63,880 nucleotides of DNA, filler included, from Conidiobolus incongruus B7586 (GCA_000697335.1; 19 parts of 19 records of this genome joined end to end with filler, not necessarily neighbours in it), one strand, 5' to 3'. Positions 27,012 through 40,393 are shown, numbered from the whole stretch's first letter. The notes: generated from the sequence alone by a model not told the origin. Numbers and translations: made by a program.

Positions 27012-30000
27012 TAAAAATATTATTTTGACATTTTAATATAATTATAAATTAATTATAAATCAATAATAAATTAAAAATATATATTATATACTGAAAAAGG
27101 ATATATTTATAAAATTAATAAAATAACTAATATTAAGATATTATATTATATTTTCAAAAATATATTAAAACTAAATAAGTAATTTAAATCATAAATTTCA
27201 AATATAATTTTATAAAATATTTTAAATTGGGTTAAAATTTTATATACCAAATAGCTTAAAAATTCTAAAATCATTTTTATAAAGAAATATATATTGTTTA
27301 TTTATAATCCTATCTAATATTATTAAGATTAATTAAAGCAACTATTATATTTTTCCTTTTAATAAAAATTTTCATTATATTTTAATAATATATCAAAAGA
27401 GTTTATTATAAAATAAAGCTAATTAATATATAACATTAATCAAATTATTATCTATAATTTTAAAAAAATTAAANNNNNNNNNNNNNNNNNNNNNNNNNNN
27501 NNNNNNNNNNNNNNNNNTTAATTAATTAANNNNNNNNNNNNNNNNNNNNNNNNNNNNNNNNNNNNNNNNNNNNAAGATCTAATTTTAATTTGAATTTCTG
27601 TTAGATTTTATAATATTATATGTTTTTTTATTAATATTAACTTATTTTTATAAGGGCCTAGAAGTTATATTAGAAAATAAAGTCATATTAATATAAAATA
27701 TTCTAAAATTTTAATAATTTTTCAAATATTTAATACACTAAGGAAATATAATATATGATCTTTTAAATTAAAATTAAACTATAATTATTTTGTTTTAATA
27801 GTATCTAATAGTATTTTATATTATTATATTAAAATATATAATATTTATATGGATTTTATTTGATATATTTGAAAATCAATATTATTAATAGATCTAAAGA
27901 TTTAATTATAAAATAGTAATATTGATCATAGTTATAGTATATATATATATCTAATTTTAGTTATAACAACTTGTCTAATTCAAAATATTAGTTTTTATCA
28001 CATAATACTTTAATTTTACATAATTAAAATCCTTTTAATTATGATTATTTTTATTAATTAAAATATTAGATTTTATAAAAATTAATATTTTGGTTATTTA
28101 ATTTCAAAATTAAAAATGTAATTTTGAAAATATTATTTAAATAGATATATAGTGGTGAGTCAAAAACTATTAATATTTTAATTTATTATCATATAAGGTG
28201 AAGTTATTGGTGACTAAAATAATATTATATTTGATCTATCTTTTTTGTGAAAATTTGAGAAAAATAAACTTTTAAACCAGTATATTTTTTACTGAAAGTA
28301 TTTTAATAATCAATATATTTGATATAGAGAATAGTTTGCAAAGTAATCATTCTTCTTCTATATTAAATAACAAAATTAGAGGTTTGTTAAATTACTTTCA
28401 TACCTGAAAATTGTCTATTACTCTGTCAAAATTTGATATGAATAATTTTATATTAGTTTTTGCTTTTTTAATATAAACAAAAAAATCATACAGAGTTAAT
28501 TCTTTTAATATAATATATCTAAAATTAGAAGATAAAGTTTAAAATCATATGTATAGTATATATTAATTGAAAGATAAGTACAATCTCCTTTGTAGTTCTG
28601 AAAAACAACTTAATAAATTAAATTGAATACAAAGAATTACTATAAATAGGAATGCCTTACTGAGAATGACTTACATTAACTCGAATTTAAAATTCATTCA
28701 TGGCTAAGAGTACAAAGGTCAAATTTATTAATCATATATTCCATATGTATTTATCACTTAAATATATTTTGATAATTAATTACTATTAATAGCCTACTAA
28801 TAGTGGTTGATTATCTTTGAACATTGATCTTATTAATTTAACGTGATATAAATATTAATATTATGCTCAATTAGAAGCAGTTGATTCAATAATAAATATC
28901 AGAAAATATTAATTTTTTATTGCTTATGGAAGTTAATTATTATTTTTCCTATTCTGAAATTCTAATTCAGCAGTTCAGTATTTGTAATTTTGAATTATTC
29001 TCAAAATGTTGAATAATAACCTTTAATATAAAATAAAATGGATTTGATACGAATAGTATGGTATAAATTAATAATTAATAATTGGAAGAAAATTGAATTT
29101 CACTGAATGGGCTTTTGTTTTTTAATATCGAATTGATTGAGGTGATAATATAACTTGAATTAAAATTCCAAAGATTACATAACTGTGAATTACTTTTGTC
29201 TAAATTATCAAACATTAAACAAAATTTTAATGTATTTTTCATTTATTGATATTAAAAATGATGAAATTTTGAATTAAATTTATATTTGACAAGATCTATT
29301 ATTTTAATTAAAATGTATGTCAAGTTAATAATTTCAAAACAAATTTATAAGTTATTAATTTGATTAACAAATTGAAAATTTAATTATTTACACAATAAAT
29401 ATTACTTAATTTTCATTACAGATTATATTTAATACATCAAATTTTGATTTCAACTGATCACAAAACTTGATATACTATAAAATATCCAGAAGCACTAATG
29501 GCAATCTATAACATCAAAAGGATTATATATGTATGCAAGCAATACCAAAAAACTAAATAAAACTTGACAATGGAATTAGTATTTTTGGATTCAGGTAATT
29601 AAATGAAGAGAAAATTAGTTATATATTTTAATTAATTCAAGTGTGGCTGAGAATTGGTAAAAATCATATTGTTAAAGCAATTATCTCCAACCCATCTGTT
29701 AAAAAGAGATTTAATATAACAATCTTAAACAAAGTTTGTTATGATGAAACAGCATTAATTTATAAGCAATTCACTTTGTTTTATTATTAGAATAAATTAT
29801 TAGAAATGCGGATCTCGAAGAAAATAAAAGTAAATTAAGATTTAATCTTATTTTAGCAATTTACTTCATAATTCTAGAAATTTCACATAATTTCAAAGTT
29901 TTACCAACTTTAATCAAATTTTTGGATACATTTACTTTAAGTTTCCGATTTTTATATTATAATAAATATTGATTGAAATATTATAAGGTTGAGCATGTTT

Positions 30001-30869
30001 TATGTTAATTGAAAAAACAACTTTCAAAATATTATTGAGTAAAAAATGGATAAATTGTGAGTTCTAGCTTTTAATTACTCTCGGTTTTTACAATGATTGG
30101 ACTATTTCGATATTTCCATAAAAATTTATATAATGGATATAAATATTTAAAAAGGTTTCAAATAAAACTAGACCTATATTCTTATATGTGATTCATCCTT
30201 ATTAATGGTCATTTTGTAATGTAAAAATCATAACATTCGGGATAATATATTAATAACATAAAAATATTTTATTCAATTTTTTACTTCTTAATTCAATAAA
30301 AGATATATTAGTATTTTATTTAATATATTTTTACACTATATTGGGATTAGTTCAAAGTATATGTAATTTAACCTTTTAGATATTTGATTGGCCAAAATTC
30401 GATATTGGAAACTTGATTTAACATGCAAATTCAAGTCCAAACACTTTTGACATTAACAGTACCTTGCGCTAAAATTTTAAATCCGAATTTTCTAATTCAT
30501 TAAAATTATAGTGCAAACAAATAACCAATAATAGCAAATTCGATTGAAACTTTAATTTCTTAAATGCCTCATACATATTGAAGAACTTGACTATATTATC
30601 TTGTATATAATCAAATATTTATTCAAATTATATGAGTGTTTTATTTTATGAAAAACAATTTTAATATATTTATATTGAGACTGTATTTATTAAAATATGT
30701 AATAACAATCAATGCTTGACTCAAAAATCAAAATTTTACAATTACTGATTAAGGGATTAGCATATAAATGTCAAAATTCACCACTTAAACATTCCATTCA
30801 GACCAATGCATTAGTATTTGTCAGTTATTAAAATGAGCAAAGTGTTTTAAATTAATTTAAATCCAAAAG

Positions 30870-30877
30870 TATAAATA
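30870..30877 (+). promoter_or_regulatory. Putative TATA box of the GPCR at 30920
   Basis: TATAAATA about 45 nt upstream of the ATG. Weak evidence in so AT-rich a background. Confidence 0.35.
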
Positions 30878-30919
30878 TATCACAAGTCACAAATGATATT
30901 TTTATATTATTAGTTCAAT

Positions 30920-31882
30920 ATGGAAGCAAAAAATTGGGAAATATATCAAAATCGTCCTTATGTATATGAAGCAACATGTATTGCTTATATCTTTTATGGT
31001 TGCCTTGGAATCCCAATAACTTTTATGCTCTTATTTTCTTCTATCAAACTTTTTTTAAAGAATAATCATCCTCATTTCAAAATCTGTTTAGGGATTTTAA
31101 TATGTGATTTTGTATCTTCATGCTCATATTTAATTATGGGTTTAACATCTAAGATTAATAGCGAGTATCTACCTAAAAACATATGGTTCTGTAACGCGAT
31201 TGACTTATTGTATATCGGTGGATCATACCTTTCAATATGGTTTGTAGGTTTGATGAGTTTTGAAAGAGGATTGTTAATCATTCATAAAATATCTCCTTCA
31301 AGTAGCATTTGGGTAGTAATCATGCTTATTGAAGTAGTTTATTTCCTTATTATGAACTTTATCTCAATAGGATTTGATCAAATGGGTTTAGCACATATCG
31401 CAGTATATTGCATGTCATCACCTGAATTTTTTACTGGGTATATTACTTTAACCTCATACTTCGTGATGATGTGCGCGAGTGTACTGGTAACAATTTACTC
31501 ATATATAGGAATCGCAATAATACAAAGGAGAAGAGCTTGGAAAGATATTCATGAATTGAACTTGGATAAAGATGAAACTTTGCATAGGACTAATAGAGTG
31601 ATATTGAAAGTACTCACACTATTATTCCTTTTTTTAATGGCCAATGGATTAGAAATTGTTAATAATACTATAGAAATTATAACTGGTCGCTCACGTTCAA
31701 CTACAGCAGATTTTGCATCTATTTGGCTACTCAGTCTTAATCCCGTTATCAACTCGTTAATTCTTATTCAATTCCACGAGTCAGTTAAAACCGCTTTATT
31801 TGATACTTTCCCTTTTCTGTACAAAATATTTGGCAAAATTCATAATGATTATATGTATGGTAATTCTGAACCTCATGATTAA
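30920..31882 (+). CDS. Class A (rhodopsin-like) GPCR-like 7TM receptor, 320 aa, intronless
   Basis: Seven hydrophobic segments. LICDF (TM2), WFCN plus AVYC cysteine pair, MSFERG (DRY-like), YSYIGI (TM5), LNPVIN (TM7). Distant paralogue of 16988-17887. Confidence 0.88.
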   Translation: MEAKNWEIYQNRPYVYEATCIAYIFYGCLGIPITFMLLFSSIKLFLKNNHPHFKICLGILICDFVSSCSYLIMGLTSKINSEYLPKNIWFCNAIDLLYIGGSYLSIWFVGLMSFERGLLIIHKISPSSSIWVVIMLIEVVYFLIMNFISIGFDQMGLAHIAVYCMSSPEFFTGYITLTSYFVMMCASVLVTIYSYIGIAIIQRRRAWKDIHELNLDKDETLHRTNRVILKVLTLLFLFLMANGLEIVNNTIEIITGRSRSTTADFASIWLLSLNPVINSLILIQFHESVKTALFDTFPFLYKIFGKIHNDYMYGNSEPHD

Positions 31883-32163
31883 AATTTTTATAAGTATTTA
31901 ATAAATTTATTTAATTATTTCTTTTTTTTTAATAATTTATATTTTATTAATTTTATTGAATTTATTATAAACTCTGATAAATTATACCTATAGAATTTAA
32001 TATCGCAGAAGGGAAGCAAAATTTCAACATATATTTATTTATTTTATTGAAATATAAATGCCTAATATATTTCTCAAAACAAACTTAGTAATTGATATGG
32101 CATTTATAATATCTGGAGTAAATTCTAAATGTTTCAATTATATAAATCCATTTAAAATTATTA

Positions 32164-32273
32164 CCTTGAATTTAAAATATGTGAAATTTTTTAATTTCTG
32201 ATTTTTCAAACATATTATTGGTTTTAAATAAACAAGTATATATAAAATAAATAGGAAATTATATTTTTTAAAT

Positions 32274-32308
<35 letters not shown>

Positions 32309-33433
32309 CATTATTTTTTTTGATTAAAAAATTAACTTTTTAAAATTATTTATTTAATTTAATTAAGTTTAAACCAAATAATGAATATTAAAAGTCTTTT
32401 ATTTTGGTATTAGTAAAATTTAACCATAAACCCTTTAAAATCATTTAAAATTTACAAGCAATATTTAAATATAATGTATTACTTAAATTAACAGTCCATT
32501 GTTGGGTAAATTACTTTAAAGTTATAAGAGAAATTATTTAAAACTTGTTAAAATCTAAAAGATTAATTTTAACTATTATTTTTAACTATTATTTTTTTAA
32601 TTAATAATAAAATGAAAAGATATATTGAAAAACACTTTTTTGTTTTAGTTAAAGAATTATCTAAGTACTTTAATATTAGGTTTACAAATATTTTATATAT
32701 ATATACTAAAGTTTAAATTTAAATTAATAAATAAAAATATAAAATAAATATTTTAAAATTTAACTGAAATTTAAAAAAAGCTAGTATAATTATTATTAAA
32801 TCAAATTTACTAAAATATTATTAGGAATTTAAGCTTTTATAGCAAATAATTACAGTTAATGAATTTTAAATCTTTTTATATAATCCTTTACTAAAATATA
32901 AATCATATTGTTAGATTAAGTTGAATTAACCCCTATTATAATTTTTTTAATAAATATTTTGTTAATAAGTAAATATTAATTATTATAATAGATTATAATA
33001 GTATATATTACTTTTATTTAATTTTTATAAGAAATTTAATTAATAATAAAACTCTATATTGTTTTTTTAAATAAATTTTTTTAATTAATATTTTCAATAT
33101 AATTTAAGAAAACCTATTATTTTGTTTAATAATTATAAAATATATAAATTTAAAGCTATAAAAAATTTTCAAATTAAAAAAAACTAGAAAAAACTATCAT
33201 ATCTAGTATATTATTTAGATTATAACTTATTTAATTATAATTGCTTTAGGTAGTTAAAAAACTATCTTATAAGAAAGAAAATTTTTGTAGGGAAATTTAA
33301 TTAATTTATAAAATATCAAATTTTAGTCTTTAGTAAAAAGAAATATTTTTTAAGAATTAAAAGTTAGTTAAAAATATAGCAAAAAGATATTAATAATAAA
33401 AAAGACTATTAAATTTATATTATTTTTTTATTT
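32164..33433 (+). mobile_element. mariner copy, nearly full length, cut by gap before the 3' TIR
   Basis: TA followed by TIR CCTTGAATTTAAAATATGTGAAATTTTTT. Reads NHKPFKII*NLQAIFKYNVLLKLTVHCWVNYFK...KSKRLI (HTH region and mutated RSGRP linker). Confidence 0.85.
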
Positions 33434-33533
33434 NNNNNNNNNNNNNNNNNNNNNNNNNNNNNNNNNNNNNNNNNNNNTTAATTAATTAANNNNNNNNNNN
33501 NNNNNNNNNNNNNNNNNNNNNNNNNNNNNNNNN

Positions 33534-34983
33534 ATTATAACTAACTATATTTGATTATATTTCATTAGCTATTGGTTAATATATTAAAACTTAAAATTTA
33601 ACTAAGGTAAGTTATAAATTTACAAGTTTATAATTTAAAAAGGTATAAATAACAAAACTTATATATATCTTTTTTTTCTTTTTTTATATTATATATATTA
33701 TAAAATTATTAAGTTAATTTTTTTAAATTAATATTATAATGCTTAAATTTCTCTGTGAAAAATTTACTTACATATTAATTAACATTATAATGAAAATAAA
33801 TCAACTTATGAGATTGCTAGAATAACTAGTATTAGCTAATCTATTATAACTAGGGTTATTAAAAACAATGTTAAAAAAACACCTAAATTAAAACTTAAGT
33901 GTATTAAAATTATATATAAACATAATAAAAAGTAAATTTATAGATTAGTTAATATAGGTAAATATAATACTATTGTAGAAATATAATAAAAATTATAAAA
34001 CTATGTAAAAATAATAGTTAGTACTAATATTATTATATGTGCTTTATATTAGAATAGATATCACTTATATTTTAAAAAAATACACCTTTAATTAAAAAAA
34101 TCTTACTATAAAATTAAGTAGGAGTTTAAATGTCAATATTAAAGTTAAATTAAAACTAACTAGAGTAAGGTTATTTAATCTAATGAAACAAAAATATATC
34201 TTAATAAATTTAATAAAAAAGCTAGATATTTTAAAAAAGATAAAAAATTACTTTATATCTATTATGTTATTATAACCTAAAAATATAATAATAGGTTAAT
34301 TATGATTTAGGGATATATGTTATCTTTAGGTGTAAAATATTTTTGTAAGGTTAATAGGGGAATTAATACTAAGATGTATTAAAGTATTCTAAATAATAAA
34401 TTAAAAAAAACTATTGAGTGATATAGATTAAAAAAATCAAATATTATTTTCTAATAAGATAATATACTTTGTTATATTATAAATTCTACTGTTAATTAGC
34501 TTAAATTAATAAAATAATTATTATAAAATAATATCTTTAATTTTTTAATCTTAACTTAATTAAATATCTTTAAGATCAATTAAAAAAACTAATTAAAGTT
34601 TTCCCTCTAGCAAAAAATTTAAATCAACTTTAAAAGTATATTTAAAAAGCTTAGAATAATATTAGTTTTACCTAATATAAAAAGTTAGTTGATTTTATAC
34701 CCTATAAACTTAAAAAAATTAGAAAAGCAAAAGATAGATATATTAGATATTAATTTTTCTATCAATAATAAAACCTACAAATTTATAGCTTATTTTAAGT
34801 ATATTTTTAATTTTAATATATCAATTAATAATTAATTAAATTTAACTTTTTATATTATATTATAAATATAAAATATATATTAATTTTATAATTTAATATA
34901 AATTTATATAAATTAGAAATGATTAAGATATTAATAGAAATATATATATTTTTAATTTTATAACTTATTTTTGTAAGCTAGTA
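33534..34983 (+). mobile_element. Tc1 (DD34E) transposon, near full length, with long IR/DR-type ends
   Basis: Reads KSTYEIARITSIS*S (HTH), *SKVI*SNETKI (34161-34196, from W..VIWSDETK), KYNNRLIMI*GYM (KHGGGSIMIWGCM), IIF**DN (FQQDN), FFNLNLIKYL* (SPDLNPIEHLW) and KAKDRYIRY* (KAKGGYTRY). Terminus at 34983 followed by TA. Confidence 0.9.
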
Positions 34984-34985
34984 TA

Positions 34986-35714
34986 TATTAAAGTATAAAT
35001 TAAATTTAATTAATAATAATATAAAATAGATATTTTATAATTTAACTAAAGCTTAAAAAAGTTAGATTAACTATTGCTAAACAAAACTTATTAAGGTATA
35101 GCTAGAAACTAAAGATTTTATAATAAATTACTATAATTAATGAATCTTAGATTCTTTTATATAATCCTTTAGTAAAATATAAATCAAAGTGTTAGATTAA
35201 GCTAAATTAACCTTTTCCATAATTTTTTTTAATAAGTATTTTATTAATAAGTAAATGTTAATTATTGTAATAGATTATAATAGCATATGATACTTTTATT
35301 TAGTTCTTAAAGAAAAATCAATTAATAATAAACTTTATATTTTTTTTAAATAAAATTATTTCTAATTGATATTCTTAATATAATTTAAGATAACCTATTA
35401 TTTTGCATGATAATTATAAAATACATAAATCTAAAGTTTTAAAAAATTTTTTAATTAAAAATAACTAGAAAAAATTACCACATTTTATATATTCTTTCAA
35501 TTATAACCTATGTGATTATAATTGCTTTAAGTAATTAAAAAACTAATTTACAAAAAGAAAATTTCTATAGGAAAATTTAATTAATTTATAAAATATCAAA
35601 TTTTAGTCTGTAATAAAATAAAGTATTTTTTAAGTATTAGATTTTTATTAAAAATATAGCAAAAAGTTATTAGAAATAAAAAAAATTATTAATTTTATAT
35701 TTTATATTTATTTT
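34986..35714 (+). mobile_element. mariner 3' half, starting mid-ORF at the Tc1 insertion site
   Basis: Reads INES*I, PIILHDNYKIH and KLPHFIYSFNYNLCDY. The second D (35409) and third D (35514) are 105 nt apart, giving DD34D. Confidence 0.9.
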
Positions 35715-35814
35715 NNNNNNNNNNNNNNNNNNNNNNNNNNNNNNNNNNNNNNNNNNNNTTAATTAATTAANNNNNNNNNNNNNNNNNNNNNNNNNNNNNN
35801 NNNNNNNNNNNNNN

Positions 35815-36840
35815 AATACTTAAAAAATAATTTTTTTACTAATAACTAAAATTTAATATTTTATAAATTAATTAAATTTTTCTATAAAATTTTTTTTCTT
35901 ATAAATTAGTTTTTTAATAACTTAAAATAATTATAATTATATAGGTTTTGATCTAAATAATATATAAAAAATAATAGTTTTTTTAGTTTTTTTTTAATTA
36001 GAGAATATTTTAAAATTTTAAATTTATTCAGATTATAATTATTATATAAAATAAACAGTTTTTTAAATTATATTAAAAATACCAATTAGAAATAGATAAA
36101 TTTTAAAAAAAGATATAAAATTTAATATTGATTAATTTTCCTTAAGAAAATAAATAAAAATAGCATATATATCTATAATTTATTATTATAATTAACTTTT
36201 GCTTAGTAATAAAATATTTATTTAAAATAATTTATAAAAATAGTTGGTCTAACTTAATCTATCGTTTTAATTTATATTTTAGAAAAAAATTATATAAAAA
36301 GATTTAAGATTTATAAATTATAATTATTTGATATAAAAACTTAAGTTTCTAGTAATATTTTAATAAATTTTGTTTAATAATAATTACTCTAGCTTTTTTC
36401 TAAGCTTTAGTTAAATTGTAAGGTATTTATTTTATATTTTGATATATTAATTTGAGTTTAAACTTTAATATATATAAAATACATATAAAACTAATATTAA
36501 AGTATTTATATAATTCTTTATGTAAAATAAAAAGATGTGTTCTAATATATTATTTTATTTTATTAATAATTAAAAAAATAATAATTAATTAAACTATTAG
36601 ATTTTAATAGGTTATAAATAATTTTTCTCTCTGTTTTAAAGTAATTTACCTAGTAATAAATAGTTGATTTAGATAATACTTTATTATTCAAAGCTATTTA
36701 TAAATTTTAAATAATTTTAAAAAGTTTATAGTTAAGCTTTATTAATACTAAAATAAAAAACTTTTAGTGATCATTATTTAATTTAAGTATAATTAAATTA
36801 ATCAACCAATTATAAAAAGTTAATTTTTTAATCAAAAAAA

Positions 36841-36876
<36 letters not shown>

Positions 36877-36965
36877 CCTATTTATTTTTTATATATTTAT
36901 TCAAAACTAATAATATTTTTGAAATATTAGAGATTAAAAAATTTCCCATTTTTTCAAATTTAAGA
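35815..36965 (-). mobile_element. mariner copy, cut by gap at its 3' end
   Basis: Colinear with 7480-8628. Ends in TIR aaaaaatttcccattttttcaaatttaaga|ta. Confidence 0.85.
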
Positions 36966-37787
36966 TAACAATAATTGTTGAATGATTTTATATAATAGGA
37001 TATATATTTAATTTGATAAGGCAATATAATATTTTATGAATTTAAATCATGATATAGAATGTTAAATTAGTATTTTCAATTACTGTATCATTTTATTTGA
37101 ATCAATTGTTATTATAGTTGTTTCAATTGCTGAAGTAAAATAGGTAGATCAAATATAAAGAATTCGAGTTGTTTAATGTTTTAAGTATTATATTTTATTG
37201 ATATATTAATGTCTATATTTGTAAATAATTTTGATGAATATTAAAACAAAATATTTTGCAATAATAATTAAACTAAATTTAAATAACGTGATAATGTAAT
37301 TTCTATATAATAATTATTATTTAATATTTATATCCAGTGATTAGCGTCGTTCAAAAGTGACATTTAATCTTTATATTATCATTCGATTTAGACAAATTTG
37401 AATTTTGATCTGAGTATTATTTTAAGTTTTTTACTCAAAACTTAAAAAACATTTAATAAATTGACTCTGGAATTATAGTTTTGGTAATTAAAATATTCAC
37501 AATGAGAGTAGTGGGTTTAATAGCTCAGAAATTAATTAAATAGAGAGCTATTAAGAAACATTATGTATCATAATGTTTTATTAATGATAGTATTTTTATA
37601 CTGTTGAAATTTAATTCATATCTCTACAAAAATGATTTCAATTAATATCATGATAATTAAATAACATAGCCTGATAATAATTATTGTGACTCAAAATCCC
37701 ATATATTAATTCATACCAAATTCTTTAATTTATTCCAAATTCTCACGATGCCAACGTCATTCAATTCCATTTCAACATTGATCAAAA

Positions 37788-38954
37788 ATGAAAATAATTC
37801 AAGAAAATAAATGCTATAATGGCTACTACCAAAAGTGGGAGCACGAATCCAAATGCTGTAATTGTACTATGAAATTATCGGTTTATTTGCCTCCCGGTGC
37901 TAAAGATAGTAACCAGAAATTTCCTGTAATTTGAATCTTTGATATAATATTGAATTTTACTGATTATGTTCATAGGCTCTTTATTATTTATCAGGTCTTA
38001 CTTGTAACGAAGACAATTTTATCACAAAAGCTGGTGCTTGTGAAAAAGCAAGTGAATTGGGATTCATTTTAATCTGTCCCGATACCAGTCCTCGTAAGTC
38101 AAATATCAATTTCTACATTTTATATCTTGATTTTGATCCAATTTAGGTGGTACTGATCTTCCTGGCGAACATGACTCTTACGATTTAGGTTCAGGTAGGT
38201 ATATCAAAGAAGTTAATATTGTATATTATATTAAACGACATTTTAGGCGCTGGTTTTTATGTTGATGCCACTCAACCAAATTGGAAAGACCACTACAATA
38301 TGTATACCTATATCACTAAAGAATTACCTCAGTTCGTAAATGAACACTTGCCAGTGGTAATTTCTGATAAATTTTCAGTATATAATACAAGTATAATTTA
38401 TTAATTTTTGCAATCTAGGATCCTAACAGAGTGTCTATCTTTGGTCATTCGATGGTAATTATTAATTATATTTACATTTAATTAATAAACTTACAATGTT
38501 AAATAGGGCGGTCATGGTGCGTTAACAATTGGTCTTAAGCATCCTAATCTTTACAAGGTAACTCTATCAATTCATGTTTATACAAACATTCCTTTAATAT
38601 ATAACCCAGAGTATTTCTGCTTTTGCTCCTATCTGCCACCCTACAAAATGTGATTGGGGTAAAAAGGCATTTACTGCCTATTTGGGAGACAATGTTGAAG
38701 ATTGGAAACAATACGACGCAACCGAGTTAATCCGCAAAGTTGGTGACTCTTTGAACACTCCAATTTTAATTCATACTGGAAGCGCTGATAACTTCGCTCA
38801 TGAATTATTCACTGATGATTTTATTCAAGCCATTCCTCCAGCTGCCAAAGATAAAGTCAAAGTTGAAATTCCTGAAGGTTATGACCATTCTTATTGGTTT
38901 ATCCAAACCTTTATCCAAGAACACCTTCAATTCCATGCCAAATACTTGAATTAA
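37788..38954 (+). CDS. ESD: S-formylglutathione hydrolase / esterase D, 281 aa, 7 exons
   Basis: Exons 37788-37925, 37976-38093, 38147-38194, 38247-38356, 38419-38454, 38507-38557 and 38610-38954 (846 nt; six GT-AG introns of 50-62 nt). Motifs [52 protein letters not shown]. Confidence 0.96.
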
Positions 38955-39918
38955 ATTATTTTAATCTATCCAATCACTTTATTTAGTCAGATTCAATAAT
39001 ATTGAATATGGGAAAAACTTTAAATACATTATCTATTGATTCAATCCAATATATATTTTATATCGATCTAATTGATTTTTTAGAGTTTTTTTTACCTAAA
39101 CTTTTCACCTATTTAATATTTATGTTTTTCATTATAATTATTCCACACAAGTTTGTATATCCCTAACTTGAACATTATCAATTACAATTTTACCATTATT
39201 CTAATTTTCTGATTTATTTTAAGAATTGACTTCTAAAACAGTTATTTAAAAAATATTTTTAAAATTAATTTGATCAATAAAAACAAAACTTTCATAAATT
39301 GAATTTTTCGATATTGTAAATGTGATAATTTCCCAATCCTATTAAAAGCTCTTTTTTTGTTGACAATTATTATTCTATATAGTTTTACATTATTATCATT
39401 GACAGTTAGAACTGCTCTTGATCATAAAGCTCTTCAAAAACTAAAAAATTCTTCCAGTTACAAGAGTTCATATTTGGGGAATATGTTGAATGAAGTAATA
39501 CATCCTATCTCTTTAAAAAGCCTTTGACAATAATTTTTAAATTTGTTTATATCATGAAAAATTAAAGGTCATTGAATACATCAAAATAAATAATAATAGT
39601 TATAATTTTTTTTGAAAAAATACCAAATATTAAATTATTCATTGTGTTTTTAACTGATGATATAGTTTAAAATAAATAATTTCAATTTCAAATGCAATGA
39701 TTTAGAGTTATAAAATATTATGAGTTTAAAAATTATTGGGATTAGACTTTTTAATTTAAACAATATTTTAGACAAATAATTATGCAATCATTATACCATA
39801 TACACCAGCTTTAATTAATAAAAATAATATGTATTTATAGTCTAGTGCTTGATATGTATTTATTAAAATTTTGATTTCTTATATTTATTGTTTTTTATTT
39901 AAAATACAAATAATATAT

Positions 39919-39949
<31 letters not shown>

Positions 39950-40020
39950 GGTTTTTTTAATTTTAGAACTTATTTTATTATAAATAAATTAAACTTAGTT
40001 CATATTCAATCATTAATAAT

Positions 40021-40393
40021 TATAATAGTTATTGAGGCTAAAGTCAACATAACACAAAGGGAGATAAATTAAAAATAACAAAAAAGAGTTTAATATATCA
40101 TTAAGTATATTTAAGCTTCAAATGTTTTAGTTGATATAAATATATTAAATGATATATATAAGTTGGTCTAATATAATTATAATATTAATAGCAATAGTCT
40201 TAACTCTTAGAATAGTGATTAATAATAATCAAAGAAAAATAATAAGATTTTAAGAGAAAGGAGGAAAAGCATGTTTATTAGTTAAATTAATATTATTTTT
40301 ATAATAAATTTAACTTAATTATAAACCACTTATTTAAAAATTATTATAAATATAGGATTATATATAATAATTTAAAGAACTAGTCTCTTAACA
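40021..40393 (-). mobile_element. Solo LTR of the gypsy family at 11822-13870
   Basis: Ends tttaaagaactagtctcttaaca, compared with tttaaagaattagtcttttaaca at 13870. Shares ttaagcttcaaa and has the same length (~373 bp). No internal retroelement sequence is adjacent. Confidence 0.7.

Noticed and set aside
28140..29000. Possible decayed F-box/LRR-type gene
   Set aside because: Only vague Leu/Asn-rich fragments; no diagnostic motif could be recovered.
31072..31752. Minus-strand ORFs 31072-31281 and 31549-31752
   Set aside because: Antisense shadows of the GPCR coding sequence, with no motifs.
34441..34470. Alternative genetic code (TAA/TAG = Gln) suggested by IIF**DN and similar motifs
   Set aside because: The same elements also have TAG/TAA at Trp positions plus many D->N and P->L changes. 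The intact genes use CAA for Gln and end in standard stops. This is mutation, not recoding.
34986..36965. Tail-to-tail mariner pair as a giant palindrome or composite transposon
   Set aside because: The two copies are on different contigs separated by a gap of unknown size and differ at many sites, so adjacency and orientation are not established.
38219..38954. ORFs 38219-38404 and 38682-38954 as separate genes
   Set aside because: They are exons 4 and 7 of the spliced esterase D gene.
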